This document shows positions 63,304 through 64,000 of a stretch of 64,000 bases of DNA, piece by piece. The stretch is from Bdellovibrionales bacterium (lineage in GTDB: Bacteria > Bdellovibrionota > Bdellovibrionia > Bdellovibrionales > UBA1609). Within the stretch, counting starts at the first letter, position 1. The number at the start of each line of letters is the position of its first letter. Under the pieces are notes generated by a model that searched no databases, was not told where the DNA came from, and was given only the letters and a program-made list of their open reading frames with translations. The position numbers and the translations under genes were made by a program. The stretch covers positions 32,001 to 96,000 of the forward strand of contig CBDHDF010000011.1 in the NCBI GenBank assembly GCA_965261545.1, in the 5' to 3' direction.

Positions 63304-64000
63304 CAACTCAAGACAATACAAATTCTAATATAGATATAAATTCTGACATAAACCTTCCCAGCACGAAGAACGCAGAGAACTCCCCTCTTTCTCGCACCAC
63401 CCAGATTCATAGTATTGACTGGGGTCTCGTTTTAGAAAGACTCTCCCATTTTGCCACCAGTTCCCAAGGCAAGAGGGAACTTGAAAACCTTCACCCCTTG
63501 TCATCTCCCCAAGCGGCTCTAAAAAGCTTTGCCCAAATTGGAGAAGCTACGACCATACTTCAAACAAAGGCGCGCCCCTTCATGGAAAGCCTTGATGTCT
63601 ACGAAGCCTGGTGGAGACCCCTTGCTAAAAAAGCCATTCTCAAAACTTCAGCACTCAAAGATATTCGCCATTTCTGCATGGAGGTTATCGCCCTTAAAGA
63701 AACCTTGGCCAATGAAACCCCTTCCTCTGCGTCTCCGACCCATCTCGCCTCCAAATCCTCGACCCACCTCGCCTCCAAATCCTCGGCCCACCTCGCCTCC
63801 AAATCCCCGGCTCACCTCACCGCCCAGCCACCAGTCTCCACCTCCTTGAGTGACTCCCGCTCTTGGACCAAGGAACAAAAGTCCCAGTTGATGAATGCAA
63901 GAGAACCTATTTCAGCCATCGACGACATCATAACTCCCAGTGGAGACTTGCGCAGCGATGCCAGCAAAGAACTCTATGAACTCAACAATGAAAAATCAAA
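63300..64000 (+). CDS. mutS2: MutS2 endonuclease, N-terminal part (runs off the window; absent from the ORF track)
   Basis: Manual translation from ATG 63300 (ATGA overlap with lnt): …IDWGLVLERLSHFATSSQGK…GDLRSDASKELYEL, with no stop. Confidence 0.82.
   Translation, partial: MTTQDNTNSNIDINSDINLPSTKNAENSPLSRTTQIHSIDWGLVLERLSHFATSSQGKRELENLHPLSSPQAALKSFAQIGEATTILQTKARPFMESLDVYEAWWRPLAKKAILKTSALKDIRHFCMEVIALKETLANETPSSASPTHLASKSSTHLASKSSAHLASKSPAHLTAQPPVSTSLSDSRSWTKEQKSQLMNAREPISAIDDIITPSGDLRSDASKELYELNNEKS
63738..63818. repeat. In-frame tandem repeat, ~3.4 x 24 bp (THLASKSS)
   Basis: ACCCAYCTCGCCTCCAAATCCTCG units read directly. Confidence 0.92.

Noticed and set aside
63529..63878. Pro-rich and Gly-rich ORFs listed in the track
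   Set aside because: Alternative frames of the 24-bp repeat within mutS2.

Overview
A ~42% GC (by eye) bacterial chromosome segment made mostly of housekeeping genes: rimP-nusA-infB-rbfA-truB-rpsO-pnp, eno, psd, queA-tgt, tRNA-Leu(GAG), a GldA/F/G-like ABC operon, rlmN, pyrD, rnc-era-der, pcnB, zapA-ygfA-rny-tyrS, hemY, lnt and the start of mutS2. Gene order and content suggest Bdellovibrionota (inference, not verified). An accessory patch at ~34-45.6 kb holds an Rpn nuclease, a Uma2 endonuclease, a GC-richer NCS2 permease fused to a HATPase-like domain, a pilin/fibre-like mosaic protein, and an IS4-family element interrupted by a complete ISL3 element; both elements have readable terminal inverted repeats and target-site duplications. 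Most notable observations: (1) pervasive degenerate tandem-repeat expansions, in frame inside many core proteins and at gene ends; (2) a predicted secreted DddK-like (DMSP-lyase-type) double cupin; (3) a ~300-nt non-coding ISL3 end with a long hairpin bounded by two perfect DnaA boxes; (4) an RNase Y lacking its HD-domain aspartates; (5) a pilin carrying tail-fibre-like HxH repeats; (6) a decayed 47-bp copy of the permease gene 6.3 kb away; (7) a bipartite motif shared by two distant promoter regions. No CRISPR array or rRNA was seen. All protein calls rest on motif recognition by eye; no searches were run.
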